The notes beneath the pieces are model-generated. The model saw only the letters and a list, made by a program, of their open reading frames with translations, was not told the origin of the DNA and ran no database searches. A stretch of DNA of 64,000 bases from Paragordius varius (taxonomy: Eukaryota > Animalia > Nematomorpha). The stretch's first letter is position 1. Each line of letters opens with the position of its first letter. This document shows positions 38,806 to 50,801 of the stretch, piece by piece. Location: the NCBI GenBank assembly GCA_964247055.1, contig OZ176057.1, positions 5,828,001 to 5,892,000 of the forward strand, given 5' to 3'. Made by a program: the position numbers and the translations under genes.

Positions 38806-41442
38806 TTTAAGGGCAATATAATTAAATTTAAAAAAATTTTTATCCGTAAAAGTATTAACCAAATTTAGATGAGAAAAATTAAATAAAAAAATGTAATATA
38901 AAAATTTTTGTATAATAAAAGACTCCTGGAAAAATTTTGGCAGAAAATAGGGTTTGAGGGCCATTTTTGTATCATTCAAACAACAGGATCTAAGACTTTT
39001 TTTTCAGATATTTTTTATGTGTTTTATGTTTTTGCATAAATTTTATGGGCAAAAATAAGGGGTTTTTCTTATGTAAAACTCAGAGCATTCTTTACTAAAA
39101 ATTAGATAACCCACATCACTAAATACGTGTCTATAAAAATGTTGCCTAAAGCAAAACTAAAGAAAGATATACAATTCCTAGTTCTTGTTAAAATAAAATA
39201 AATGTTTTAACATATTTTAGTCAATCTCTATTTTAAGATTTTACAGCTTTCGGAAATTGCAATTACATAAATTGTTTCGTGTCGCGTTTTTCAAGAGTTT
39301 TTTTCCCGAAAACTACCAAATTTAGTCAAAAATTATATTGAATGTAAAGATATTGGTTCACGCGTAATAGCTTTATAATTCAAGTTTATTTCTAACTTTA
39401 GTAGTTTAATTCAATAAAAAAGGCGACAAAAAATTTACTATGCAATTTTTTAAAGTTAGGAAGAACAAGGGTCATACATGCATAAAAACCAATAAAATCT
39501 TTATACAAGAATCAGTATCTATATAAAATTTAAAATATACTTTTTAAAGAAACTCTTCAAAGACAACCTAAAGACAACATATATGCAAAATTTAGTAGTG
39601 TTCAATTCCGTTAGGCATAATAAATATCTCGATAAAAATTTATGTAAATAGTATTTTTGATAAATAAATGTATCAGCAGGATTCTAACAAGATGGATTTG
39701 GTTTTAGCCCATATGAGTAAGTGAAAGCTTCGTTCAATAACATTAAATATATCACATTACAAATAAAAATTAAATAAATACTTTTTAAAACTCTTAAATT
39801 TTTACCCATTCAAAATGGGTTATTTTACTAAAAATAAAAGGAAATTTCTAGAAATCTTAATTCTAGTTTATAACATTGAAAAAAATATTTTTACAAAAAT
39901 GATTTAACTTAAAAATCAATGTGAGCGAATTTAATGGTATTTCGCAGTATAGTTGAATACACAACGTAAAATATAAAGACAAATATTTTGATTCAAAAGA
40001 CAACTCGACATACTTTTTTAAACCTCCTTAATTTTTCTTTATAAATTATATAATTACAATAATTGTAAAAAATATAATTGATTGTTTTACCGATATAAAT
40101 ATTAATTTCAACTTTGCAGTTTAAAACCATGAGTTATTACAGTTGAAAACTGAAATTATACGGACATGATGAAAAAATGTAAAGACAAAATTTTTTTCTA
40201 TCAGACAACTATACTTTTTAAATCTAGATTTATAACAATATAACTCATTGTTTTAAATGGCAAAGTGTGAAATAGAGATATATAATACTAACACAATCTA
40301 TTCTATATTTTACAATTGTAACTAAGTAGCTTAAAAGGAAAACATTAAGGTTTTAAAAAGTATGGTTGACTTTAAGAAAAAAATATTTGTTCTTTATATT
40401 ATTACATTTTGTCCTTATAATTTCAATTTTTATATTTTCAAGCAAGACAAGATTTATAAAATATGGGGTATTTTAAAAAAAATATTTGTCTCTATATTAT
40501 AACGTTTTGTCCGTATAATTTCAATTTTTACTAAAACTTTGAAGTATCCATAAAATTATCTCCATCACACCTTTGATTTAGTTTATATTAAAAAATTATT
40601 TTTCAAGAATCTTTATGCTATTAAAAATTTTTTTTAAAAATAGTAAAATTCATCTGATACAAAATGTGTGGTAAAAAGTTTTTAATATTTTCAATAACAC
40701 TAAACCGAAAAATTATCGGAATAGCCAAAAATTTGAGAATTTCTGAGAAAAATATTACTAAAATATTATCTAATGCGCTATTTTTGCGTTTTTTTTCAAC
40801 ATAGTATTAACAAAAAAATATTTTTATATATTTTTTAAATCACACTAAAAATTAAATATATACAAAAACTTATGTAAAAAAAGACAACGAGACTTTTTCT
40901 AACGTCGATTTCTAATATTTTAAAGTTATTTATCTTTGAATATATTAATAACAATTTACATTTCCATCTCATATCATATGTAGTTTAAAACAATGAGTTA
41001 TATTTAAAAAACCGAGTTTTGTAAAAAAATATTTGTCTATGTTTTTACGTTTTGTCCGTATAATTTTACTTTGATTTATAATCAAGATTTTAAAATACCA
41101 TAAAATCTATTTAAATAGCCTACAATAATTATTGAATCAAAAAGCCAAGTAATGGAATTATGCAAAATTTGCAGCTACATAAAATATATTTAAGGTTAAT
41201 TAATTTTAATCCATGTAATATGTGTATTTAGATTTCGATTATTATCAGAATCAAAAACAAATAAGTTCCTACCAAAAACTAGAGATAAAAATTTTTAAAA
41301 TTTTCAGCAATTATAATATAATTTTATTCAAGACAAGACCCATATAGAGATCAAATGTTGGCTATAGAAATAACCAAGTTTTTTGTGAATTAAACATTTC
41401 AAGGACATAGAAGACATGTCTAAAACGTAACAGAAATATATA

Positions 41443-42075
41443 CCATTTGAACTTCAAGAGTATCCTTGAACACTTAAAGTTGGTCCTTGAACATTTCAAG
41501 TTGGTCCTTGAACATTTCAAGTTGGTCCTTGAATACTTCAAGTTAGTTCTTGAACATTTCAAGTTGGTCCTTGAACACTTCAAGTTAGTGCTTTGAACAC
41601 TTCAAGTTGGTCCTTGAACAATTCAAGTTTGTCCTTTAGTTTTTTTGTTTTGCTTTAGATTTTCTCAATCAAATTGTAAATCATTCATCTATTTTATCGT
41701 TTTTAACCTATTTTCTATTATTTAACATAAATTTTAAATCGATATCAACTTTTAATCATTGAGAAACTGTATATCTTCCTCAAAATAATTTTGGATATTT
41801 ATAGGATTTTAACACGAAATTAAAAAATATATAAGTGTTCTGGGTTATTAATTGCAATTTTTCATTTAAAAAACAATAAGTTCATAATTTTGTTGAATTG
41901 AAAAATAGTTTGAAACAAAAAAGTGGTTTTTGAATAAAATTTTTTATGTTTAAATGAATAATTATATAATAAATAAAGAAAATTAGGCTAAAAAATAATA
42001 AAATAAAAAAATGCTTCCAAAAATTTAAAGGACCAACTTGAAGTGTTCACGGACACTCTCTAAGTGCAAATGGTA
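41443..42075. mobile_element. MITE-B-related subfamily with variant 21-nt repeat (cttgaacatttcaagttggtc)
   Basis: TA-CCATTTG...CAAATGG-TA ends; about 8 variant units at the left end and an inverted unit near 42028-42050. Confidence 0.75.
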
Positions 42076-45000
42076 TACTAAAAAGAACAATTTTTTAAAG
42101 ACATCACTGGACATAATCAAATTTTAGACCTTTTTAAACTCCATAGAAACTTTTCACATTTACACGTCATAATTTATTACTCTACATTATTTTCATTAGA
42201 TCATTTTTTGTAGTTTAACACATGACTTTTTCCTGGAAATATCCATCATATAGTGTTAAATTTAAAATTTTAGCTTTTTTTTTAAAAAAATTTAAGATAA
42301 TTTTATAATACACTAAATCAGATTTTACCAGTATTTCTAGAATTTTATTTTAAATCATTAAAACAACTGACATATTAACTTACTTACATTAATTTTTTTA
42401 TAAATTAGTGATTCTTAGGAAAAAGTTTTAAATTTTTAATATCATAGAACTATGTTAAAAAACATAACATATTTTAGGCACCTCTTATATTAGATTTTTT
42501 CATTGCGATTTTGTTTCTAGAGTTTAAAATTTAAATGGCATTCGACAAGAATAAAGAAATAACTAATATTTAAAACTACAGTAAAATTCAAGAACAAATT
42601 AAACGGACAAACAAACATAAAAATATCAAGACATATGTTTTCAAAATACAACCATACTAATTTTTATAACCTAAATTTTAAAAAAAATTACAATGGTAAA
42701 ATAAATAATAACTAATTTACATTTCCATTTTTTACATTTTGCAGTTTAAAACAATAAAGAGTTATAAAATAAAGAAACGGTTATCTTTTAGAAAAAATAT
42801 TTGTCCTTATATTTTTACGTTTTGACCGTCCGTATAATTTCAATGTTGAATAAATTGCATTATTTATTATATATGCCTCATTAAAATTTTAGATTTTTTT
42901 ACATAAAATTTTTTTCAATATGAATTAGCGAATATATGAAAAAAAGTAAATAGATGAGTATTTTTGCAAATTTTTGAAATGGCTAAAATGATCTATATAT
43001 TAATTAAAAATGTGGATTAGTTATTAAGTTTTAATACCTGTAAATACTAATGAGTTATATTTATGTTGCACGGTTTATAACTGTTTATAAATCATAAAAA
43101 TCATTCAATAGCTAAATAATGTTCTTTTAAAAAATGAGTATTGTAAATGATAAATACGGTGAAATTACAGTAAAAACTGAAATTATACGGACAAAATATA
43201 AAAATATTAAGACAAATATTTTAGTCTAATTTCTAAAAGACAACCATACTTTAAATCTTGATATATTTCAATATAACTCTCATTGTTTTTAATGGAAAAA
43301 TGTGAAATACAGATATATATTACTAACACCATCAATTCTATATTTTACAATTGTAACTAAGTAGCCTATATAAAAAATTAAGGTTTTAAAAAGTATGGGG
43401 TTGTCTTTTAGATAAAAATAACTTTCTTTATATTTTTACTTTTTGTCCGTAGTATAATTTCAATCTTTACTGTACTTTGAAATAAAAACAGTGATTTTTT
43501 ATGTTTTTTACCATTTGTAAAATTTCATAAAATCGCATTTTTATGGCGCTTTGTCAAATAAAAGCAAATGACAATGGAAAACGTGTCACCTTAATTTTAT
43601 TTTGTAATATATATCATAAAAAAATTCTAAAATCAAATTATTATCGATAAAAATTTTTATATTTTTCTAGAAGTTCGAGGATTAAAGCTAAAAATGGCAT
43701 TTTATTGATCTTTCAGATTAAAAATCTGAACAATGAAATTTATACTTTTTTATTACTTTTTTTATTAGTAATCACATATATATTACTATATCGCTTTCAA
43801 AAAATGATTTACTCGAAAAAAAATTAGTTAAATCATTTGCATTAAAGGTGAGGTATCGTATAATTTGTTATATAATTGCTATAGAAAGTTATTAATTATT
43901 GCCAAATAGCTTACAAAGAGAATTATTATTGGTTAATAATAGAAAAAATGTGAAAAAAATAACTATAAGCCAATAATACTGCCCCCTTTGTTATATAATA
44001 TGAATATTGAAATAATATATGGAAGGTTAAAACGTAATATAAAGAAACATTTTTTAATAGAAAACCATATTTTTTAAATCTTAATTAATTCCCTATATAA
44101 ATCATTTAATTACTATGGAATATTTAACAGTGTTACCAATTTACATCTATCTTTATTTCATACTTTGCAGTTAAAATAATCAGTTAAATTTCCAAGATTA
44201 AAAAAGTTTATTGTCTTTTAAGAAATGATTGCCTTTATATTTTTAAACGTTTTGTCCGTATAATTTTAATTTTTACTGTAATTTTCTAATTTATACTTTG
44301 CAGTTAAAATCGAAATTATACGGACAAAACGTTATATAAAGACATATATTTCTTTCAAAACCCATACTTTTTAAAACCTAAATCTCTATATGATTCATTT
44401 TCGTTTAAAATATTGAGTTATATTTAAAAAATCAATATTTAATAAGTATGGTCTTTAAAAAAATGATTGCCTTTATATTTTTACGTTTTGTCCGTATAAT
44501 TTCATTTTTACTGTAATTTTATAATTTATACTTTGCAGTTAAAACAATGAGTTTTATCAAAAAAAATCAAGATTTGAAAAGTATGGTTGACTTATAAAAA
44601 TGATTGTCTTTATATTTTTACGTTTTTTGCCTGATAAATTTTTATTGTATTATGAATACTTTTTCTATGAAATTCGACACTGAAAAAAACTTATATTGAC
44701 TTAGTTTTAAGTTCATAAGTTCTTAAACATATTTAATCAAAATTTTTAAACCATTAAAATAAGTAGACTGATATATTTTCTGCATTACATTGAATTATAT
44801 AAAAATAGTTAATATATATATATATAGTTAAAATTCACCTTTGAACAATTCAAATTCACCCTTGAATAATCGAAATTTACCCAAAAAATATATGTGTTTT
44901 CGATCTTATATAACTCATTATTAATATAAAATATATTAAATCACAATTTATGAACCATTAAAATAAATAGAGTGATATTTTTCTGCATTGCATTGAGTTG

Positions 45001-46132
45001 CATAGAAATAGTTAAGAAGGTATATATATATATAAATTCACCTTTGAATAATTCAAATTCCTTAAATAATTAAAATTCACCCTGAAAATAAATTATGTGT
45101 TTTCGATTCATTATTAAAATAAAATATTATGGCAAGTTTATTATTTTTTCAAGTATTATTTTAATTTGAAACAAAATTTCATAGTTTAAAAATATATAAT
45201 ATTATAAAACATATAATTTATTTGAGGGTGTATTTAATTGTTTAAGAGTGAATTTGAATTGTTTAAGGGATAATTTGAATTGTTCAAGAGTAGATTTAAA
45301 TTATTCAAAAGAGAATTTGAATTGTAAAGGGTAAATTTGAATTTTCAAGGGCGAAATTGAAGTGTTTGAGGGTTGAATTTTTTAAGAGTAAATTTGAATT
45401 GTTAAAGGGAGAATTTGTTTTAAAAGTTATTAAAATTATTTAAAAAATTATTTTTTTTACACGCTTAACTAACTTTAAATGTCCATTTTTTAAAATCAAT
45501 AGTAACATTTTTTCCATGCAAAGTCAACTGATAAAATGTTGAGTTTTAACTTAAAAATGGTTTAGTAAATTTATTTTAGTCAATATAAAAATAAACTCTT
45601 CAAAATTTTCGATTTACATTTTACGTTAAAATGCGATTTTTTAGTTTTATTCTTAAATCTTTCCAGGATCTTAAAGAATGTAAGTAAAATCTTAATAAAT
45701 CACATTTTGCGTTTTGGGTATATAAATTAATATATAATTTTAGTTGAATTTTGCTATATTTGATTTAATTTTTATTCGAGACCTAATGTAATTTTTATAT
45801 TGGCTTAAGACCAGTAAAAATAAAATTTTTTTTCTAGTTTTTAACCCTATTTACAGTAAACATTCACATTTTACGGGCGGACAAAACGTAAAAATATAAA
45901 GACAAATATTTTTTTCTAAAAGACAACCCCATACTTTTTAAAATTTTTAATATGTAAGTCATTGTTTTAACTACAAAATAGAAATATATAGAATTAGTAA
46001 AATCAATTATATATGTTTTCAAATTGAAATTAATAATCTATAAAGAAAAATTTGATATATAAAAAAATATAGGATTGTCTTTTGAACAATTTGTTTGTTT
46101 TAAAAACTTTTACATCATTCTAATAAATTTCA

Positions 46133-46165
<33 letters not shown>

Positions 46166-46794
46166 CAATTTATTTAGAGAGAAGGCGATCAATTCATAAA
46201 TAAGCATATATAAAAACCATTAATATATATATATATATATATAAAATCATTTGACTTTGCGCAAATTATTACATAATAATAAAAAATATATTTTAAAGAA
46301 AATAAAATGTTTGACTATATTTTAGTTTTTGGAATATTTAAACAATTTTTAGTATCAGTATATTAGTTAGATTCTTTATAACCACATAAATTGTGAATAA
46401 ATAAAATGTATATCGATTAAAATGTTTTAAAAAAACCCCAATTTTAACATAACAGTAAAAATTAAAGTTGCTATACAGATGAAAACGTAAAAAACATTAG
46501 GACAAATATTTTTTTTTTAAAGATACCGCTTCATTAAACTTTTTTTTATTAAACTCATTATTTTAAATTGCAAAGTATCGAAATAGATATGTGAATTGGT
46601 AATACAATCGATTATTTTACAATCAATTGTAATAATTAAATAAGTTTTATAGAGGAAAAATCAAGGTTTTTCAAAAAAAGTATGGGCTTCTTGTCTTTTG
46701 AAAAAAATAGATATATTTGTCTTTATTATGTTAACACGTTTTGTTTCAGTATAATTTCAATTTGTAAAAGATATTTTTTCCTTATCTCTAAGAA

Positions 46795-46985
46795 TCAGTA
46801 AAAAACGTATTTTTATAAAAAAAACTTTTAAAAACTCCTAATATCTATTAAAAAGATTCATTTTTTGTCCCTTAAAATTCCAAAAAATCAGTAAAAAACG
46901 TATTTTTATAAAAAAAGCTTTTAAAAAACCTCTAAAATCTTTGAAAAATTCATTTTTAGTCCCTTAAAAACTTCAAATATCAGAA
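46795..46985. repeat. Tandem duplication (2 x about 95 bp) just downstream of the TMEM11 stop
   Basis: aatcagtaaaaaacgtatttttataaaaaaa...ttttt(g/a)gtcccttaaaa occurs twice. Confidence 0.8.
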
Positions 46986-47013
46986 AAAATTAAATTTTTA
47001 TAAAAAATTTTTT

Positions 47014-50000
47014 TTAAACATAATGCAAAGTTGCAAATGCGATTGATAAAAGTGAAATTGTATTGTGTAAATATTTCCTTCGACCATCATCTTTATATAT
47101 GAGAATACAGGGAGGAGCTGTATGGGTTTTGATTGGGCTATCGCCACCAATGGAAAGCGGGTCACGAGGTCCGCGAGCACGTGCCTCCGTTGCCATGGTG
47201 ATTCTTCCAACGGGAGTAGGAATGACAGAAGCAGTATTTAAATGAGCAATAATGGTGGAACGCATAAGGGGTGTTAGGGTGGGATCACCCAAAGATCGCA
47301 AAATCTATTTGATGAAAAAAAGCGAACGAATTATATCAAAGGCGAAACATAAAGACATTCTTTTTTTTCAAAGGAACACTTTTTGAATATTTTTTTATAT
47401 AAAAAATTGATGATTGTTTAAAATGGCAAAGTGAGGTATAATGCTAACACAATCAATTGTATATATATTTTAAAATTATAATTAAATAATTTATAGTGGA
47501 AAAATTAAGGGTTAAGTATGGGGTTGTTTTTTAAAAATAATATTAAAGTTAAACAAAACGTAAAGACAGATCTTATTTTTGATTCCAAAAGAATACTTTT
47601 TTTTTCTAGGATTAATTTTATAATTCCAATTGTAAAATATATATAACAATTGATTGTGTATGTTAAATTTGGTCCGTATAATTTCGAATGTTTGTCATAA
47701 TAAAAAAATATATGTCGGGACAAAGTTTATTATCATTAATAAAATAACTATTTCTGCCAAAAAATTTAATATTTCACCCTTAAATACTGTATTATTTTGA
47801 TTCTACATATAAATATAAGTTTTTTAAAAATATAAATAAATACGATTTTTTAAATATTTTTTTTAGAAAATATGAAAATTTTATTGTTTGTAATTAATCA
47901 AACAGAATACAGAAAAAATAATAAACTACTATGCCAAAATAAGAAGGAAATTATTATTTAAAAATAATTTAATTTTATAGGTAAATTTGAAGTGAAGAAA
48001 TATATATATATATATATAATATACCATTTACAATTCAAATTCCCCCTCGAACAATTCAAACTGAAAAATAAATTTTATCGAGCTAATATAATTCATTATT
48101 AATATGAAATATATCTTTATGGCGCGCATAGTTTTATTCATTTTTCAGTAAAAAATTTTTATTTTAAATAAAATTTTCATTTTTTTAAAAATATATAAAA
48201 AATAAAAGTAATTTTTACCCTTAAAAACACAAATTTTATTTTTAGGGTGAATTTGGATTGTTCATTCAAGGGTGAATTTAAAGTGATGATAATATATATA
48301 TAGTTTTATTTTGTTGACATTCCTAGTAATATATTTAAATTTATTTAAATAATTCTTAAATTTTTATTGAATTAGCTCTATAAATCTTATATATAACTAA
48401 TTCCTAATCTAATTCCTAACCTAAATCCCCTATATATACCCTATTTTTTTATGTCATTTGTCCAATAATAATTGTTTTACGCTTTAATAATGTAATATGA
48501 TAGATATAATAAAATAAATTTTAACTAAAATTATAATTTGAAAAATACAGACATACATACTTTATTCTTTAAATGGAATTTAGCATACTTTTTATATGGT
48601 TACAATTTCAATAATTGGCTTTATATGCCATTGTATAAATCTTGAGAACAAAAAACGAAAAAAATCATTTTAATTTAATTTTATTATGATTTAAATTTTC
48701 AAACTTTGTTATTAATAATATACCATTTACAATTTAAATTCACCCTTAAACAATTCAAATTCACCCTTAAACAATTCAAATTCACCCCTAACTAAAATAT
48801 ATATTTTTTAAGATTAAAAATTACCAATATTTTTATATAGCGTTATAAGAAATAAAAATTTTGTATAAAATTAAAATTATATTGAAAAAAATAATAAACT
48901 AAGCCATAAAGATGTATTTCATACTAATAATGAGTTATATTAGTTGCCCGAAAACACATAATAAATTTTTCAGGGGTGAATTTGAATTGTTCAAGGGTGA
49001 ATTTGAATTGTTTAAGTGTGAATTTATTTTCAAAATTGAAAATATACCATTTACAGTTCAAATTCACCCTTGAACAATTCAAATTCACCCTCGAACAATT
49101 CAAATTCACCCTAATAATAAATTATGTGTTTTCACTAATATAACTCATTATTAATATAAAATATATCTTTATGGCATAATTAATTATTTTTTTCAGTATT
49201 ATTCTAATTTAAAACAAAATTTATTTTTTATAAATATATTAAAATATAGGTAATTTTTAATCTTAAAAAACATGTTATTTATTTGAGGGTGAATTTGAAT
49301 TCTTCAAGGGTAAAATTGAATTGTTTAAAAGTGAATTTGAATTGTTCAAGGGTAATTTTTTTTCAAATTTAAAACCATACCATACCTGATACTTACAACA
49401 CGGATCCCAACTCCAAAAAACCGTGTATAAAAGAGTGAAAAAAGCCGAAGTTCCGGCCCCGACTAACGTTGCAATGGTTAACCAATCTTTAGGAGAATTA
49501 AAGAAACTTCTGGAAGGAATAACATCTCTGGAATAATTGTAGGATTGATAATTATAGGATTGATAATAATTGTCACCAAAATATGGTGACATAGGACCGG
49601 CTGATTGTCGCGTCCGACGGGACGAGATGAGCAGATGATTACCCAAGTATGTCATAAGCGTTTGGGCCAAGGCACCGGCCCGCCTCAAGTGTCGCAATGT
49701 TATACATTGTAGCGCTAACGTCGCTAAACCCGATAAAACAGCTGATTTATGGAGAAAATTTCCAACTGTGATCCACTTGACTGTGTATTCACTCAAGACT
49801 CGATCGTAAATTAGGATGATGGGTTTACGGGCTTCAATAGCATTTTCAAAATCTATCGTTGCACTTAAGAGTGGTTGAGATGAAATCAGCTGTTTCCGGT
49901 CGTGGTGAGGGTTCAATAGCTCTTCAGGAATAAGCAAAGGTTGTTGTTTGCTATTTGTTGTAAGGTTATAAAAACTTTGCGATTCATCATAATACGATTG

Positions 50001-50699
50001 GGGGTATATGACCTTGAGCAAATCATTTGTTTTATCATCGCAAACTTCAAGAGGCAGGACGCCATCTCGACTTTGCGTCTCATATGGTGGAATAATGAAA
50101 TCATCCATAGAAGCAGTTTCGACCTCTTCTTCGTCATGATTGGTGTTGCTATGACAACCGTCAGATTCGGTCATGTGAGCATAAGCATCCAATGAAGGTT
50201 CATCTTTGGATAGATGATGATGTTCGTCTGCTCCATTCTTTTTATTATTCGTCATCAGCAGCTGTTTTTGCTGTAAAAGTGATTGTTGTTGAACTTTTTT
50301 TCCTTTATCTACTAAGGCCGCAGATTTTGTTTTAGGTTTGTTTGACTTTAAAGAGGAAGTAGTTGGAAACTCATCAGGGTTTTTAGGTGAATCCGAAAGT
50401 GTGGAAACTGAGGTGATAGATTGAAGTCCATCCTCCTGGCTGTGTGCTTCGGACAAATTTGGAGCGACAAATTCGTCTGATTCTAGAAATTGTTTAACAC
50501 AGCTCAAAATTAGAGAAAGCGTAAAATTTTTTAAATAAAAATGAGTTATTTAATTATATGAAACACTGTTCATTAAATTTGGAATATATTATAAAATTTA
50601 AATTCATCTCGATATAATATATATCTATGGAATTTAGTATTCAATAATATCAAAACGTGTATATATTAAAAATTTATTAAAAATGTTACCTGAAATCAT
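47014..50699 (-). CDS. TMEM11: Mitochondrial transmembrane protein 11 (PMI homolog) with long extensions, about 465 aa
   Basis: Conserved motifs WITVGNFLHKSAVLSG, LYTVFWSWDPCCKYQ (donor CAG|GTATGG at 49386/49385) and, in the last exon 47304-47014, PCILIYKDDGRRKYLHNTISL. The track ORF starts at TTG; inferred first exon 50699-50690 (ATGATTTCAG|GTAACA) spliced to 50482 restores an ATG in frame. The exon 1 call is inference. Confidence 0.9.
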
Positions 50700-50801
50700 G
50701 AATAAAGTTTTAAACCGTTTTAAATCAGATGGATTTTTTTGAACCATATGAAATACTTTTAAATCCCACACACATTCATTAAATCATAGCTTTAAGCGCA
50801 C
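50700..50801. promoter_or_regulatory. Putative compact bidirectional promoter between TMEM11 and ERp29
   Basis: The divergent start codons are about 102 bp apart if the inferred TMEM11 exon 1 is right, and under 300 bp from the TMEM11 ORF otherwise. Confidence 0.55.

Noticed and set aside
49275-49385. Last 37 codons of the 410-aa ORF (VWYGFKFEKKLPLNNSNS...)
   Set aside because: Read-through past the CAG|GTATGG donor into a MITE-B; the conserved TMEM11 C-terminus is in 47304-47014.
46998-50195. ORFs 46998-47210, 47063-47245, 49913-50137, 49941-50195
   Set aside because: Alternative-frame or antisense shadows of TMEM11 exons.
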